64,000 nt of DNA, taken from Histomonas meleagridis 2922-C6/04-290x. Lineage: Eukaryota; Protista; Parabasalia. The notes under the pieces are model-generated. The model did no database searches. It was not told where the DNA came from and saw only the letters and a program-made list of their open reading frames with translations. Below, piece after piece: positions 31,906 to 43,118 of the stretch. The stretch lies in contig JAANOX010000255.1 in the NCBI GenBank assembly GCA_020184695.1, positions 1-64,000 on the forward strand, written 5' to 3'. The stretch's first letter is position 1; every line of letters begins with the position of its first letter. The position numbers and the translations under genes are program-made.

Positions 31906-34821
31906 ATGGAATGCTTCGATGAACTTCAAAGAGCGATTCAATCCATTTCATCACCTCCTATTTCCCTCGAAGATATGCATGCATATAACATGCTTAGGCA
32001 AAAAATAACGACAAATTCTAGAAATGTTTTTGTATTACTATCATATCTTCAAATTCCGAATTTAAACGACATATTTATTTTCCAACTCCTAGATATGATA
32101 AATTCTATAATTTGTCGGTTCCAATCCAGTTTAGATTTACATGAAATTTATCAAAATTTGCTTAACATCAATTTTGAAAGTGAAGAGTCCACCAAAAAGC
32201 AAGCTTTAAATATAGCCTACATAGCCTTTTTTATATTATTAGGGGAAAAACAATTTATCCTAGAAATTGATAATTCCGTTAATGAAATCTCATTTTTAAC
32301 ATTAGAAACATATTCGTACTTTTTTGAGATTACCAATGGATGCGTTATTGAAGATACCACCATCTCTTTATCAAAAGAAGAAAAAAAAGCATTAATTCAA
32401 CAATTTAGCAAAACATTTTTACCACCAATTATTGGTTTAGGCCTTCGATGTTTAACTACACAGCCAAGTCAAAGTATTAGACTTATACATGATGGTTTAT
32501 ATCTTGGAAATGATCCAACGCAATCATCACAAATATCACTAAATCCAGAACTAACCAGACCTTTTTACTCTGAACAGATATTCCAACTCCTTTTAGATGC
32601 CACATTACATGCCGAAATATCGACGAGTAGTAATGCCATTGAAATTGTCACATTACTCATTCGATCGACATCTGTATTTAACAATGAGACTCAAGAAATT
32701 GTTAAGAATGTCCAACAGTACATAAAAATAATCTTTCAAGATCGATCATTTTTTACAGATGAAGTCCGAATCATTTCATTACATAATCTCATCTTAGGAA
32801 TTGATCCCATTTCATATTGTTATCCATATTTAGAAACAGTTTATCTTTTAATCAGTTTCATGTATAATATTCTTGATGATTTTTCATTTAATTTAGTCAT
32901 ATTATTTCCTCCAATTTGCACATTATTATTTCGATATCTTTCATCTATTAAACGAAATAACGTAGAAGCATATAATGAAATAATGTGTAACTTAACGAAT
33001 TTATTTCCAAAATTCTTAAACTCTATGCTTCGACTTATAGAACTTGACCCGGCTAATGCTGAAGAATTAATATTTAGTGATTATGAAACTACATATTCTT
33101 CGTTTAAAAAAATTTTTGATATTTCATCAAATTTCGAAGAAATCGCTTCATTAATTTCTAATATATTTTTATCATTAATTTCTTCGCAAACTGTTACTAT
33201 AGTTACATTGTTACAAATCGCTTTAATGTATTTATCTATTTCGGCTTCGTTTGAACGTATTTCATTATTTTCGGATCCAAAAATTCTTTCAATATTAATA
33301 AACTTAGTATTCCAAAGCTTAAGCATAATGCAAAATTCAGGCGAATTATTAAGTTGTATTAAAAATGTTTCGACAACAATTGAAGAAATGCATTTATCAA
33401 TGCTTGTAATATTTGTAAAAGTATTTTTCATTGATCAAGATAACCAAGAATTATTATCTATTATTCAAGAATATTCACAAATCGAAAACATACAACAAAT
33501 AATAAAAAACATTTTCATATATTTATTAACATTATTACGAAGAGACATAATACCAAAAACTGTTTCTAATGTAATAAAATTTATGTTTAAGTACTCGATA
33601 ATAGTAAATTATTTAAAAGAAACTGAAATTCCAGATGAATTATTACAACAAATTCCACAATTCCCTTGTAAATCGATATTTTTTTTCATATTAATTCGTT
33701 TAATTTGGTCCGATAAACATCGAAAAAATATTTTAATTTTGAAATTAGAAGAATATTTTAAAGGAATTCTTTTAAATGAAAACCAAATTAATGATCAAAG
33801 TGTTATATTATTTTTTAAAGTTGTATCAAAATTATTCGATTCAACTAAAACATCACAAGAATGGATCGAAATGTATTTATTTACATATAATAATTTTTCT
33901 GATTTCATTTTGTCTATTTCTAAATCGCCACTTTATTTATCTGTTTTACATTTTGTTTATAAATTAACAACGAATAATGATAAAACATCGAAACTTCCAT
34001 CGAATAATCCATTTCAAACATATCAACCACATTCATTAAATTTATTTAAGCTTTTAATTAATGTATTAATAAGTTGTTCTGGACAAATATGTAATTTTTT
34101 AACAAATAATTTGGGTAATATTGAAACGCAATTCGATAATGTGTTTTATTTAATCATTTCAACAAATAATTTATTTAGTTCTCCTTTTCCTAATTATGGA
34201 GTTTTAGAGTTTTATAATGATAATTGTATATTTGTGTTATTAAATAATATTGTGACAATTGTGAAGATTTTTAATGAGCCAATACCTAAACTTCCAGATT
34301 TGTTTAATTCTTTGATTGATTTATTGAATATAATTGTGAAATATTTTGGTAACGTAGTCATACAAAATCAAGACTACTTCGGAATGTTAATATATTTAAC
34401 TAAAGTTTCGTTTTTAGTTGATTTTAATGTCGACTTGAATAAAGTCGGAGTTATATTATATGAAGTCACATTAAAGTTAAATGGAAATCAATACATTCAA
34501 CAGCTGTTCCAGAATTTCGTCTTGGCATTAAATTGTATTTTGATTAATCCGTCTGTTTCTTCAATCGAAGAATTTTTTTATCAATTTAACTGCTTCACAA
34601 ATTTCGATGCGTTTAAACAAGTTAACGATTTCATCGTCAAATATTTCCCTGACGAAGATAGCAAAAGAGCTTACGTAAATGCTGCGCAAATGTTATTCGA
34701 GGCAAAAGATTTCGAAATTTTGGATTTCGTAAAGGTATTGAGCGAATACAAAAAAAGAGTTAACATGCTGAACATGCAGCTGCAGTTTATACCGCAACTT
34801 TTACATTGTTTTCAGTTCTAA
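31906..34821 (+). CDS. Alpha-solenoid (HEAT/karyopherin-like) protein
   Basis: Intact 971-aa leucine-rich helical ORF; no diagnostic motif recognised. Confidence 0.6.
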   Translation: MECFDELQRAIQSISSPPISLEDMHAYNMLRQKITTNSRNVFVLLSYLQIPNLNDIFIFQLLDMINSIICRFQSSLDLHEIYQNLLNINFESEESTKKQALNIAYIAFFILLGEKQFILEIDNSVNEISFLTLETYSYFFEITNGCVIEDTTISLSKEEKKALIQQFSKTFLPPIIGLGLRCLTTQPSQSIRLIHDGLYLGNDPTQSSQISLNPELTRPFYSEQIFQLLLDATLHAEISTSSNAIEIVTLLIRSTSVFNNETQEIVKNVQQYIKIIFQDRSFFTDEVRIISLHNLILGIDPISYCYPYLETVYLLISFMYNILDDFSFNLVILFPPICTLLFRYLSSIKRNNVEAYNEIMCNLTNLFPKFLNSMLRLIELDPANAEELIFSDYETTYSSFKKIFDISSNFEEIASLISNIFLSLISSQTVTIVTLLQIALMYLSISASFERISLFSDPKILSILINLVFQSLSIMQNSGELLSCIKNVSTTIEEMHLSMLVIFVKVFFIDQDNQELLSIIQEYSQIENIQQIIKNIFIYLLTLLRRDIIPKTVSNVIKFMFKYSIIVNYLKETEIPDELLQQIPQFPCKSIFFFILIRLIWSDKHRKNILILKLEEYFKGILLNENQINDQSVILFFKVVSKLFDSTKTSQEWIEMYLFTYNNFSDFILSISKSPLYLSVLHFVYKLTTNNDKTSKLPSNNPFQTYQPHSLNLFKLLINVLISCSGQICNFLTNNLGNIETQFDNVFYLIISTNNLFSSPFPNYGVLEFYNDNCIFVLLNNIVTIVKIFNEPIPKLPDLFNSLIDLLNIIVKYFGNVVIQNQDYFGMLIYLTKVSFLVDFNVDLNKVGVILYEVTLKLNGNQYIQQLFQNFVLALNCILINPSVSSIEEFFYQFNCFTNFDAFKQVNDFIVKYFPDEDSKRAYVNAAQMLFEAKDFEILDFVKVLSEYKKRVNMLNMQLQFIPQLLHCFQF

Positions 34822-35271
34822 TAATTGAATAAATGTTTTATATAAATGATTAAAGATTTTTGTTGATTAATTAATATGAATTTTGTAATTAAAATTATAA
34901 ATTATATGAAGTAATTCAAAGAATAACAAATGATTTAATAGAAAAAAAAGAATCTTTTAAACAACGGTTGGATAACGTTATGCCAAAGTAAAAAAATGAC
35001 TGATAATTGAATATGCAACGATCAAAACAATACAAATATGTAACGTATTTTTTTCGTACGTTTTTTTTTTCTGGCTCTGCTCCACTTTTTGAATATGTTT
35101 CAATCGAAATGATCACAAAAACGAAAGCGCCCTTTTTTCCACAAAAAGGCGGTTATTTTTGAATAGCGAAAATTGAGACAACCTAACGTAAACTGTTGAA
35201 TTGGTATGAAACCTCATGAACATAAACCGTTCAATTTTAGTTGTTCGGGTTCGCTAACAATTTAGATATTA

Positions 35272-37737
35272 ATGTCACTTCTTGCCCAATCACAATTCAA
35301 AGAAGAGGGAGAAGGTGATTATCATTTCAAAAAGAAAAAACCTGATGCAATTGTTGCAGAAGATGGAAGTCTTTTAGATTGCGATTATGAGTATTCTTCT
35401 TCAAAAATTCCAGATTTGCCTCCTGTCCCTCAATTAAGTGATTTCCCAACTTACGAAAAATTTCAGAAAGCTTTCAAAGATTTTTATAAATTTTTGCGTT
35501 CATCGAATAATTTCATTTTTCCAATTTCTGTATCATGCTTCTACCGTCGTCCACTCAATCCGCCGCTATTAATTAAGCATCGTTCTGCTAGACAAAGGAT
35601 CAAGATAAATGAAAAATATTTGTATCATCTTCATAATCTTTGTTTATCAAAACAGAAAATCGAAAAAGACGAAGTATTTGAAAAGTATCGTGACAGGTAT
35701 AATGTTTCATTATCTTTACTTCTGAACTTTAAAGTAAGTACATGGGATTCTCAATTAGTAATTTTCCCTCCAATTCCAGAAATGTTTGATGAATATAAAG
35801 ATTTTGAAGACGCATATAAAAATTGGGTAGCTGTTTCTGGGAGCACAATTCAAGTTCCAGTTCATCCTGATCGAATTGAAGAAATACTTCAAAAGAAAAC
35901 AATCGAATTCAATGGACTTGACAAATCCACAAAATTCAAGCCCAAAGGTCGACGCGCATGTCATAGGCACAGCTCCGTTATTCCAAGGAAGCGCACAAGC
36001 TTAGATGATTTCACTCTTAAGGAAGATATTGAAAAACGTAAATCAGTAATTAATAAGCGCCCACGAGGAATATCTGATGGCTTTAAATCGATTTTGCCAC
36101 CAAATATTGATCTTAAGGAAAAATTATCAAATCTTCAAAAAAGTATTAACAATGAACCCACATCACAAATCCCTTATTCTCCAGTCATATCCCAAAGTAC
36201 TATAGTTGAAACACTCTCAACTTATGGCTGTTCACATCCGATTAAGTTCCAAGCGAAAGCCATCGTTGACATAACCGCCGCATCAGTGTCAAACGTTTTT
36301 GATTCAGAAGGATTTGATCGTCTTGTCAGGAATGCATATATTTCAAATTCTGCAGAAATTAATTATCAATGTTATCAATCAATTGAACAATTTATATCGA
36401 AAGATATTAAATCTTTTGTTGAGAAACTTCAAAACAATTTAGAATTATTTTATTATGTCTCAGTAATATGTGCCAAATTCTCTAAAGAACCACTTTTTGT
36501 TGCTAATCCTTATGAAGATGTAATTGCTAAGAACAAAATCAGTAATTCGCATCTAAAAGCATTAAAAGATTTTCATCGCGCGATACTTTCATATAATTAT
36601 TTAATTATTATATTTAAAACATTCAAAAATTCGCAAACAGTTTCCGAAATAATTAGCAAAGCCTTATCAAATGTTCGCAACAAATTTGATGACTTTCTTA
36701 AAAATTATAATAATAATCTTGCGCAAATTATTCTTGAAGCAGAAACGCCGAATTTATCCACGCAAATATTTCATTATTTATTAAAATGTACATGTCCACA
36801 AATGCCAACTGTATTAAATCAATGCAAAAATGAACTTTTCACATATTTAAACACAATTGGATATAAAATGCCAAAAATATTAAATTCATTTATATATACT
36901 ATAACTACATCTAAAAGTCTTTTGATGTTAATCTCCAAAATGTTCATCAAATTTGTAAGGAATCCAACATTTACTAAGTTCTCATTCCAATTCATAGTGT
37001 TAATTAAACATATTATATCATTTGAAGCGATTATTGAAGAAGTTAAAGAATACAAATGGATATCTTCATTCTTTACGTTTTGTATTAAAAACCAAAATTT
37101 ACTATTACCGAACATTGCCAAGTTAATGTTATTATGTCCACGAGATAAAACTCAATCTCAAGTTAAGAATATGATAAATGACATAATAAATATGATAAAA
37201 AATGGTAAAGTAAATTCATTTATATTATCATCATTTGGAATATTATTAAAAATCCCAAATATATCCAAAACAAATATGGATTTGAAGACAGTAATTTCAA
37301 TGTTGTTAAAGTATATGGGTGCAAAAGACAATAGTGAAGTTCACTCGTCGTGGAAGGTTTTTCGTAACTTTACACTGAATTACCCAATTGAATTTTTGGA
37401 GCTTCTGAAATTTGAAAAGTTTATGATACCGTTTGCGGTGATGATCCAAAAGTTGAATCCTTACGCTTCAATCGAGTTATTTAATGTGATAAATAAGCTA
37501 ATAAATAAGGCTATGGAGGATACAAGTACAAAGAAAAAGAACTTTAAATACGTGGCAAAGAAATTCGCAAAATATTTGGAAACTTCACCATATGATGTGG
37601 AACAACAAATATTCTCTGTTTATGATATGGTGGGTCCATCATACTCTAAAAGAGCCAAAAGAATTGTGGAATCATTACATGAGAAATTGTTGCCAACCAA
37701 CCCAGTTGGATGCCAATTCACAATACAGAGAACTTAA
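35272..37737 (+). CDS. Hypothetical protein with helical C-terminal region
   Basis: Intact 821-aa ORF; two P.P..F..(Y/F).(K/D)F..A...(F/W) motifs near the N-terminus. Confidence 0.7.
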   Translation: MSLLAQSQFKEEGEGDYHFKKKKPDAIVAEDGSLLDCDYEYSSSKIPDLPPVPQLSDFPTYEKFQKAFKDFYKFLRSSNNFIFPISVSCFYRRPLNPPLLIKHRSARQRIKINEKYLYHLHNLCLSKQKIEKDEVFEKYRDRYNVSLSLLLNFKVSTWDSQLVIFPPIPEMFDEYKDFEDAYKNWVAVSGSTIQVPVHPDRIEEILQKKTIEFNGLDKSTKFKPKGRRACHRHSSVIPRKRTSLDDFTLKEDIEKRKSVINKRPRGISDGFKSILPPNIDLKEKLSNLQKSINNEPTSQIPYSPVISQSTIVETLSTYGCSHPIKFQAKAIVDITAASVSNVFDSEGFDRLVRNAYISNSAEINYQCYQSIEQFISKDIKSFVEKLQNNLELFYYVSVICAKFSKEPLFVANPYEDVIAKNKISNSHLKALKDFHRAILSYNYLIIIFKTFKNSQTVSEIISKALSNVRNKFDDFLKNYNNNLAQIILEAETPNLSTQIFHYLLKCTCPQMPTVLNQCKNELFTYLNTIGYKMPKILNSFIYTITTSKSLLMLISKMFIKFVRNPTFTKFSFQFIVLIKHIISFEAIIEEVKEYKWISSFFTFCIKNQNLLLPNIAKLMLLCPRDKTQSQVKNMINDIINMIKNGKVNSFILSSFGILLKIPNISKTNMDLKTVISMLLKYMGAKDNSEVHSSWKVFRNFTLNYPIEFLELLKFEKFMIPFAVMIQKLNPYASIELFNVINKLINKAMEDTSTKKKNFKYVAKKFAKYLETSPYDVEQQIFSVYDMVGPSYSKRAKRIVESLHEKLLPTNPVGCQFTIQRT

Positions 37738-38454
37738 TCATCGATAGAAAATTCAATGGTAAAAGTATCGTTTTTGATTGAAAAGGGTATCGTTGTATTG
37801 AAATCTACCGTAGAATGGAAATGATTTTATTAGTCGGAATATAATAAAGAAATAAAAATAATTTTGTAGTTAAATTACTGATTTTAATTTCGGGAAATGT
37901 TTTAAACAGGAATTGATAATCTCTTGTTTAGAACTCAAAAAGGTTTTATTTTGACAATTTTTATAGACGTTTATAAAACATGTTTATATAGTACCCTGAA
38001 TTTTATTTTGGTTTTCACATGTTTCTTTAAGTACTTTAATTTCTTCTATTAATTTTTTAATCATATTTTCAATGGTTTGAATGTAACCATATTCAATAAG
38101 AAAAGAAAGTGTTTTTACACTACGTAAACTAAGATTTGTGTTTATAATTTCAGTAACTTTTTTGGAAAAATAAACAAAAAATATTAAACAATTCATTGGA
38201 AACTTTTGATTTTGTTTAACACAGAAGCCACAGAATGAACCAACAACCTCTTTGACTTTAATGTATGAAGAAGAATCAATAAAATGGAATAACTTCTGCT
38301 ATATAAGAAAATTCTCTATTGCGGTACTTAAATCTGAAAAATGAAGGTTAAAAAAGATGCTTTACACTTAGATTTGACACCAATGAGAAAAGACCAAAAA
38401 TGGATGATTGGCTTGAATGATGTTTGGTATGTTTGCATAAGCATGATTTCATTA

Positions 38455-38650
38455 TATGTTAATGCAAAAAATATTCATTTGAAGAATTTATAATATGTTT
38501 TAATAATTTAGAATATGTTTTAATAATTTAAAATATGCTTTAATAATTTGAAAAATTTTATATTTATGTCAATATCTTAAAAGCGCTTTATTAATTGCAT
38601 CAGAAAATGGTTACGTTGAAATAGTCAATTTTTTAAATCATTTAATTAGG
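38455..38650 (+). pseudogene. Isolated ankyrin fragment with expanded spacer
   Basis: GTT AAT GCA AAA (VNAK), ~21-nt tandem repeats, then ALLIASENGYVEIV-like sequence. Confidence 0.6.
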
Positions 38651-39368
38651 AGTCATTGATAAACCCATTTAACATTATTTGGTTCTGATGATAAAAATGA
38701 AGTGATTATTGTTTAAATTCAATATATTGAAACATTTGATATTTTTTGAATTTTGAACCAATAAAAGTTATGAGACATCAAATTTGGTGTTGTCTTTTGT
38801 GAATCATTGAACTCTATCTGATATCCTAGCCTGTTAGATATAAATGAAATTTTTCACAATCCAAAATGTAAGATTTTTGTAAATATGATTTGGGTTCTGT
38901 ATTTTAATTCTTGCATCGAATACATTATATTTCTGTAGATTCTCATAAGAGATTTAATGGAATCTTCTAAAGTTATTGGCTCTGAATGAAGGAGTAACCT
39001 CTTTTATCAGTTATCAAAAAGTGTTTTGAAGCAAAAAATTATCATTGGGGTTTCTGACCTTTCAACTTCTGGTAAAACAACAAATGCAAAAAAACTGGCA
39101 AAAAATAAGTGTAGAAATTTTTAGCATTCCATTGATTTAGGTTTTGATAAAAATATGCAAATGTTTTATAGAACTCGAATTCAATTGATTGGAATTTATT
39201 AGTGTATGAAATAGATAATAAAACAAAGTTAGATATAATAATAGGATAGGAGTCATTGAAATTTTCATGTTATTGTTCATTGGACATTTCATTTTGCTCT
39301 ATATCTTTCTCTGATTTATAATTAATAAAATATGGAGTCTTAAAGTATTTTATTATTTTGGGTTCTAT

Positions 39369-39701
39369 TTAATTTTCTTTAATCATTTTATTAAGGATAT
39401 AATATGATTCTTGAGTGTTTTTATTTACAATCATTTTTGTAAATATATCTAACATTTTCCATTTAGCATTATTAATTTCTTCTATTTTTTCTAATTTCTG
39501 TAAAAAATTTAAATAAATATCAATATCATATCTATTGGAAACAAATGCTATATATATCATTTGACATATACTCAAATTAAAGGAATAAGTATAATTACTA
39601 TCATGCATTTTAATTATTGATTTTATTGACTGATCAACATTTTCATGATTTAAACTTTTAATTGTTTTTACTGTCCATTTAAGTAATTTTCTTTGATTCA
39701 T
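39369..39701 (-). pseudogene. Solo N-terminal fragment of the DUF3447-ankyrin family
   Basis: ENVDQSI...HDSNYTYSFNLSI...QESYYILNKMIK aligns by eye with ENLDWSV...YDSNFPYSLDLTI...QEACYLLDRMIK of ORF 55441. Confidence 0.7.
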
Positions 39702-39979
39702 TATATGTTTTAAATTTTAAATTGTTTATATGTAAAGCGTCAATTTTTTTTTATCTTGTAAATAACAAAAAATTTAATAATATAATTTCTATATGTAATT
39801 TAATTTACATTTATATAAAAACACAAATTTAATTCTTATTTTTTGATTTTTACCGAATTATTTTCAGACAATTTTTTAAATATATTTTAATAAGAAGACA
39901 AACAACAAAAACACATTTAAAGATAATATATTTTATTAGTCAAACAAAATACAGACAAAAAAATAAAACGAAATAATCA

Positions 39980-42820
39980 CTAAAATCCATAATCCGCTTT
40001 TCTTCCTCTTTGTGCCTCGTCCACCAAATTTGCTATTTCTTCAGTCCAATTTTGATTTTCCTCCAACAACTTCTCCAGCTTAATGTTAATCCTATAGCTC
40101 CAGTCGTGTTTCTTTGCCGGGTTATTAATCCAATCGGACGAGATCAACTTCGACAACTTTGGGCTAATTGCGAACAAGTCTTCGAATTGGAACAAACACC
40201 ACATTGATTGTGCCTGTAAATGTTGCTTTATAATCTCGTGCGCAATTTCCGGCGTTAATTCTCTCGGCGGAATCCCTTCCATCTTTAGCACTTGATAATA
40301 AAACTGTTGAACATCGGCTTGATCATTTGACCATAACAACTTTAAGTGTTGCATATCATGCGTAGACGGAGTACACACTGAGAGATATGGAAACGTTGTC
40401 GTTAAGTCAAAGCGTAATGATGAATCGCGTGGAACGCGTTGGACGCGAAATGAACATATTCCGGCTTGATGAAGTGAATCTTCTTCGTCGTTGAGGGATA
40501 CGCCTAAATCATAGCCAATGAACTGCATTTGACTACTGGATAAGACAGCAAGTGTTTGGTGCCCTTGTTCATGCCACAGTGAAACATTTGTTCGGTAATA
40601 GAAATCAATAAAAAGTTTGTACAAAATTTGGGCTTCACGTTCGGGTAAGGATTTGAAGACTATGGAGTCAGTCATGGAAAAACGTGGATAAAACTTGTCA
40701 TGAGGAGATGTAATGTCAGGAATTAAACAGATTGATTCAAAACTTGATAAGATGATCTTACTGGCAAGCTTAAGTTGAAGCTGTTCATCAAATGAGAGTC
40801 CTTCTTGAAACGATTTAATGGCTGCTGAAACTTCACGGTCTGATTTAAAATCTGGGCGAAATCGATACCGACCATTTATGTTAATTGATAGGTTGGAAAT
40901 AAGCTTCTCTTTAATGCTCATGGGTAGGTTGATTGAAAGAATGTCATTTACAGGGAAATATGGAACACATAAATTATCAATATCAGTTATTTGATGATTG
41001 TTCAAATCTTGGATATTAATAGGTATGGATGGAACGAAATGACCAAAAAGTGGGTTATCAATATTAGCTGGAATATTCCAACATCTAAATAAACCTAATG
41101 GATGATCAAACATTGTTGCTTGAAAATATTGTTCTCTATGCCCTATTTGTTGACGAAGCCATAAAAAGTTGCTTTCTCTCATAGCGCCCCAATCCCAAGC
41201 AGGATAATACCAATTTTGTCCATTGAAAGAAAAAATATCCGGGGGCGCCCCAATTGTATAACGCTTATCGAACCATTCGGGGTGGGACCAATTATCGGCC
41301 GATATGAAGTTCTGGCCTATCGTCATCAGCGACGATAGGATTACACGGTTTTCAATTGCATAATTTGTTATTTCCAAAAGTTGTAAATGACATTGAAATT
41401 GTACCCAACAATAAAACATACATTGTTTTAAAGAATCATCTAATTCCCCTTCTAATAAATCGGGCATTTTTACGGATGAAATATCCGGGAAATTTGGTAT
41501 CAAATTTGGATTTTTTTCTAATTCATCATTTTTGATTTTACACCATAAACAATAAGGAGGAAGCCAAAAGTTATTTCTTTTAACAAAATGAACAAATTTT
41601 TTATCTTTTCGTAAGTTTCCTATATCAACAGTTTCATTAAATATTATTTTTAATTGTTGCATTTTAAATTTGGTCACTGTAATGAAATCTCTTCTTTTTG
41701 GTGGTTGAGTATTAACATTATAACCATTAATACAACGTAATGTTAAATACATTGGATTAAATGCAAATGCGGAGACTTGGCGTGATGGGTTACCTTCATG
41801 TTTACTATATATGAAGTTAATGTCTTGAATGGGTAATAATTGGATAAATAATAAATTCGCTTTAACTGCCCAATCAATTAATAACTTTAAGTCCATAAAT
41901 TCGCCGATTTTACATATGGAATTCCTGGAATGTAATGAATATAAAGCAACAAGAATTCCAGCACCTTTAAATCGTTGATATTTAGGAAGATCAAATATCC
42001 AATCATGACATATAATGACATCTGTAAATTCGCGTGGTTGTAAAAAAAGTCGATTCCCTCGATTTTCCCATATTTTAACATCGCTGTCCTTCTTTTTGAT
42101 GAAGTATTTGTAATGAAATGACTTTTCAGATTTGGGACATTGAAGAATTAGTTCCCAATAGATTGAATTAAGTGGTTTCAATGTTAACGATTTCTCCCAA
42201 TTCTTAAAAATGGTGCTAGAACCACTCATATGCACTTCAAAGTTTGGTGGAATTTGAAGTAATATGACACGAAAATGAACTTCAATAAAATCAGTTGAAA
42301 TTGAAGAAATAACGGGATTGGAAGTGCACTTATGTGAGTACACTACATCTCGAAATGCCATTTTAAATAATATATTTTGAAGATTTGAAATAGGAGGTTG
42401 AAATAAATCATTAGTCGTAATAACAATATTCCTTGAAGAATTGCCTTGTATAACAATAGATCTGTTGGGTCCACTGTCCCAATAAATTTCTGCATCTTTT
42501 TCTTTTCGCACATCTTCAACGATACTTTCATAATAAGAGATGATAACAATATACTTATATTCGATTCGAAGTTGCCCATTTGGGGGAAGATTAACCTCGA
42601 TTTTCTTGCACCAGTTAAAGTCATTTTGGGAAACATTTTGAATGTATTGCATAGGAAGTGAATTATTCCTATCCCAGCCTCCCAAAAGTGGATGGTCGCC
42701 AACAATAAACAGCATTTGTCCTGGATATGTTGCATAATTAGTTCGAAAGACTATTGTTGCTTTGGAGGTTATCATCCCATGATTAATAAACGGTCGCCAT
42801 TCCAACCATCCAAAAAACAA
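39980..42820 (-). CDS. DPE2: 4-alpha-glucanotransferase (GH77) with two N-terminal CBM20 domains
   Basis: GQMLFIVGDHPLLGGWD and a second CBM20 (HMSGSSTIFKNWE...WENRGNR); GH77 motifs QLLPIQD, GAPPDIFSFNGQNWYYPAWDW, STHDM. Confidence 0.9.
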   Translation of the reverse strand: MFFGWLEWRPFINHGMITSKATIVFRTNYATYPGQMLFIVGDHPLLGGWDRNNSLPMQYIQNVSQNDFNWCKKIEVNLPPNGQLRIEYKYIVIISYYESIVEDVRKEKDAEIYWDSGPNRSIVIQGNSSRNIVITTNDLFQPPISNLQNILFKMAFRDVVYSHKCTSNPVISSISTDFIEVHFRVILLQIPPNFEVHMSGSSTIFKNWEKSLTLKPLNSIYWELILQCPKSEKSFHYKYFIKKKDSDVKIWENRGNRLFLQPREFTDVIICHDWIFDLPKYQRFKGAGILVALYSLHSRNSICKIGEFMDLKLLIDWAVKANLLFIQLLPIQDINFIYSKHEGNPSRQVSAFAFNPMYLTLRCINGYNVNTQPPKRRDFITVTKFKMQQLKIIFNETVDIGNLRKDKKFVHFVKRNNFWLPPYCLWCKIKNDELEKNPNLIPNFPDISSVKMPDLLEGELDDSLKQCMFYCWVQFQCHLQLLEITNYAIENRVILSSLMTIGQNFISADNWSHPEWFDKRYTIGAPPDIFSFNGQNWYYPAWDWGAMRESNFLWLRQQIGHREQYFQATMFDHPLGLFRCWNIPANIDNPLFGHFVPSIPINIQDLNNHQITDIDNLCVPYFPVNDILSINLPMSIKEKLISNLSININGRYRFRPDFKSDREVSAAIKSFQEGLSFDEQLQLKLASKIILSSFESICLIPDITSPHDKFYPRFSMTDSIVFKSLPEREAQILYKLFIDFYYRTNVSLWHEQGHQTLAVLSSSQMQFIGYDLGVSLNDEEDSLHQAGICSFRVQRVPRDSSLRFDLTTTFPYLSVCTPSTHDMQHLKLLWSNDQADVQQFYYQVLKMEGIPPRELTPEIAHEIIKQHLQAQSMWCLFQFEDLFAISPKLSKLISSDWINNPAKKHDWSYRINIKLEKLLEENQNWTEEIANLVDEAQRGRKADYGF

Positions 42821-42982
42821 AAAAAAAAACTATTAAACGATTTGACTGGATTTATTGTTTATGTAAGAAAGATTATTTCTGTTTCTTCATGTTATTATTC
42901 ATGTTAATATGAAGGATGATAAATTTTCATTTAATGAGATTCCTTCTATCATATTAAACCAATTCTATTCAACAAATTCGAA

Positions 42983-43063
42983 GACGACTTGGCCGAGTGG
43001 TTAAGGCGAGGGATTGCTAATCCCTTGTGCTTGCACGCGTGGGTTCGAATCCCATGGTCGTCG
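42983..43063 (+). tRNA. tRNA-Ser: tRNA-Ser(GCT)
   Basis: Acceptor stem GACGACT/GGTCGTC, D-loop TGG, anticodon arm AGGGA-TT-GCT-AA-TCCCT, long variable arm, GTTCGAATC. Confidence 0.97.
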
Positions 43064-43069
43064 TTTTTT
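43064..43069 (+). terminator. Pol III terminator
   Basis: T6 immediately after the tRNA. Confidence 0.8.
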
Positions 43070-43118
43070 GTTTTTTTTTAATTTTTTTTGATTAAATACC
43101 GTTTACAATTAAAAAATA

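Noticed and set aside
37950-39350. Identifiable genes in the debris region
   Set aside because: Coding-like fragments with many stops; could not be assigned to a family by eye
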